Shown here one piece after another: positions 32,734 to 32,871 of a stretch of DNA of 32,871 nt. The position numbers and the translations under genes are program-made. Each line of letters starts with the position of its first letter. Positions within the stretch are counted from its first letter, which is position 1. The stretch is from Syntrophobacteria bacterium (GTDB lineage Bacteria; Desulfobacterota; Syntrophobacteria; BM002): contig JBKHJD010000001.1 in assembly GCA_046538315.1 (NCBI GenBank), positions 1 through 32,871 of the forward strand, given 5' to 3'. Under the pieces are notes generated by a model. The model was given only the letters and a program-made list of their open reading frames with translations, did no database searches and was not told where the DNA came from.

Positions 32734-32871
32734 AACAGCCGAAAACGGCGCCGAGAACAGAAGGCCGCGACCTGCGGAGCCCCTTTAGCCTGCTGCCTCT
32801 CAGCCCAGGTGAATAACTAGTTTCTGTCGCTAAAACCCATATTTCAGGGGGAAATTGTGAAATCGAACACA

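Overview
This is 32.9 kb of chromosomal-looking bacterial DNA. It is GC-rich by eye (hand-counted 60-nt lines are about 58% GC) with a few AT-richer islets. The gene content includes rubredoxin, a phosphofructokinase with PPi-type residues, a sensor kinase with c-heme motifs, a radical SAM enzyme and a two-subunit pyruvate-carboxylase-like pair. This suggests an anaerobic Desulfobacterota/deltaproteobacterium-like host, which is inference only. I support about 33 protein genes. I found no rRNA or tRNA genes, no CRISPR array and no intact mobile element. Layout, left to right: (1) A lower-GC left flank with a B3/4-domain protein, a half-size UPF0016/GDT1 transporter and a DUF429 protein. (2) A long minus-strand run: fabD, purine nucleoside phosphorylase, NupC transporter, two tandem MtaD-type deaminases, a small MBL hydrolase and two unknown proteins. 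(3) A CoA-transferase::Pat-like GNAT fusion, convergent with a PycA/PycB-like carboxylase pair whose CT subunit shows no biotinylation motif. (4) A 280-bp hairpin-rich element flanked by inverted repeats, lying next to an orphan rtcA that has a small Cys/His ORF upstream. (5) Rubredoxin, RidA and TtcA. (6) A CDF transporter and a radical SAM gene, followed by an AT-rich islet (single-domain EamA plus a secreted polybasic mini-protein). (7) Two stand-alone aspartokinase-type ACT proteins. (8) A three-gene phosphorelay with no output domain: a c-heme-motif HAMP/PAS kinase, a REC-PAS-PAS kinase with an internal 384-bp duplication, and a lone receiver. (9) A decayed GspE/PilB C-terminal fragment. 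(10) A PFK with PPi-type signature residues. (11) A small unknown protein followed by an FHA protein. All family calls come from reading the translations and from memory of family signatures. No database search was run.
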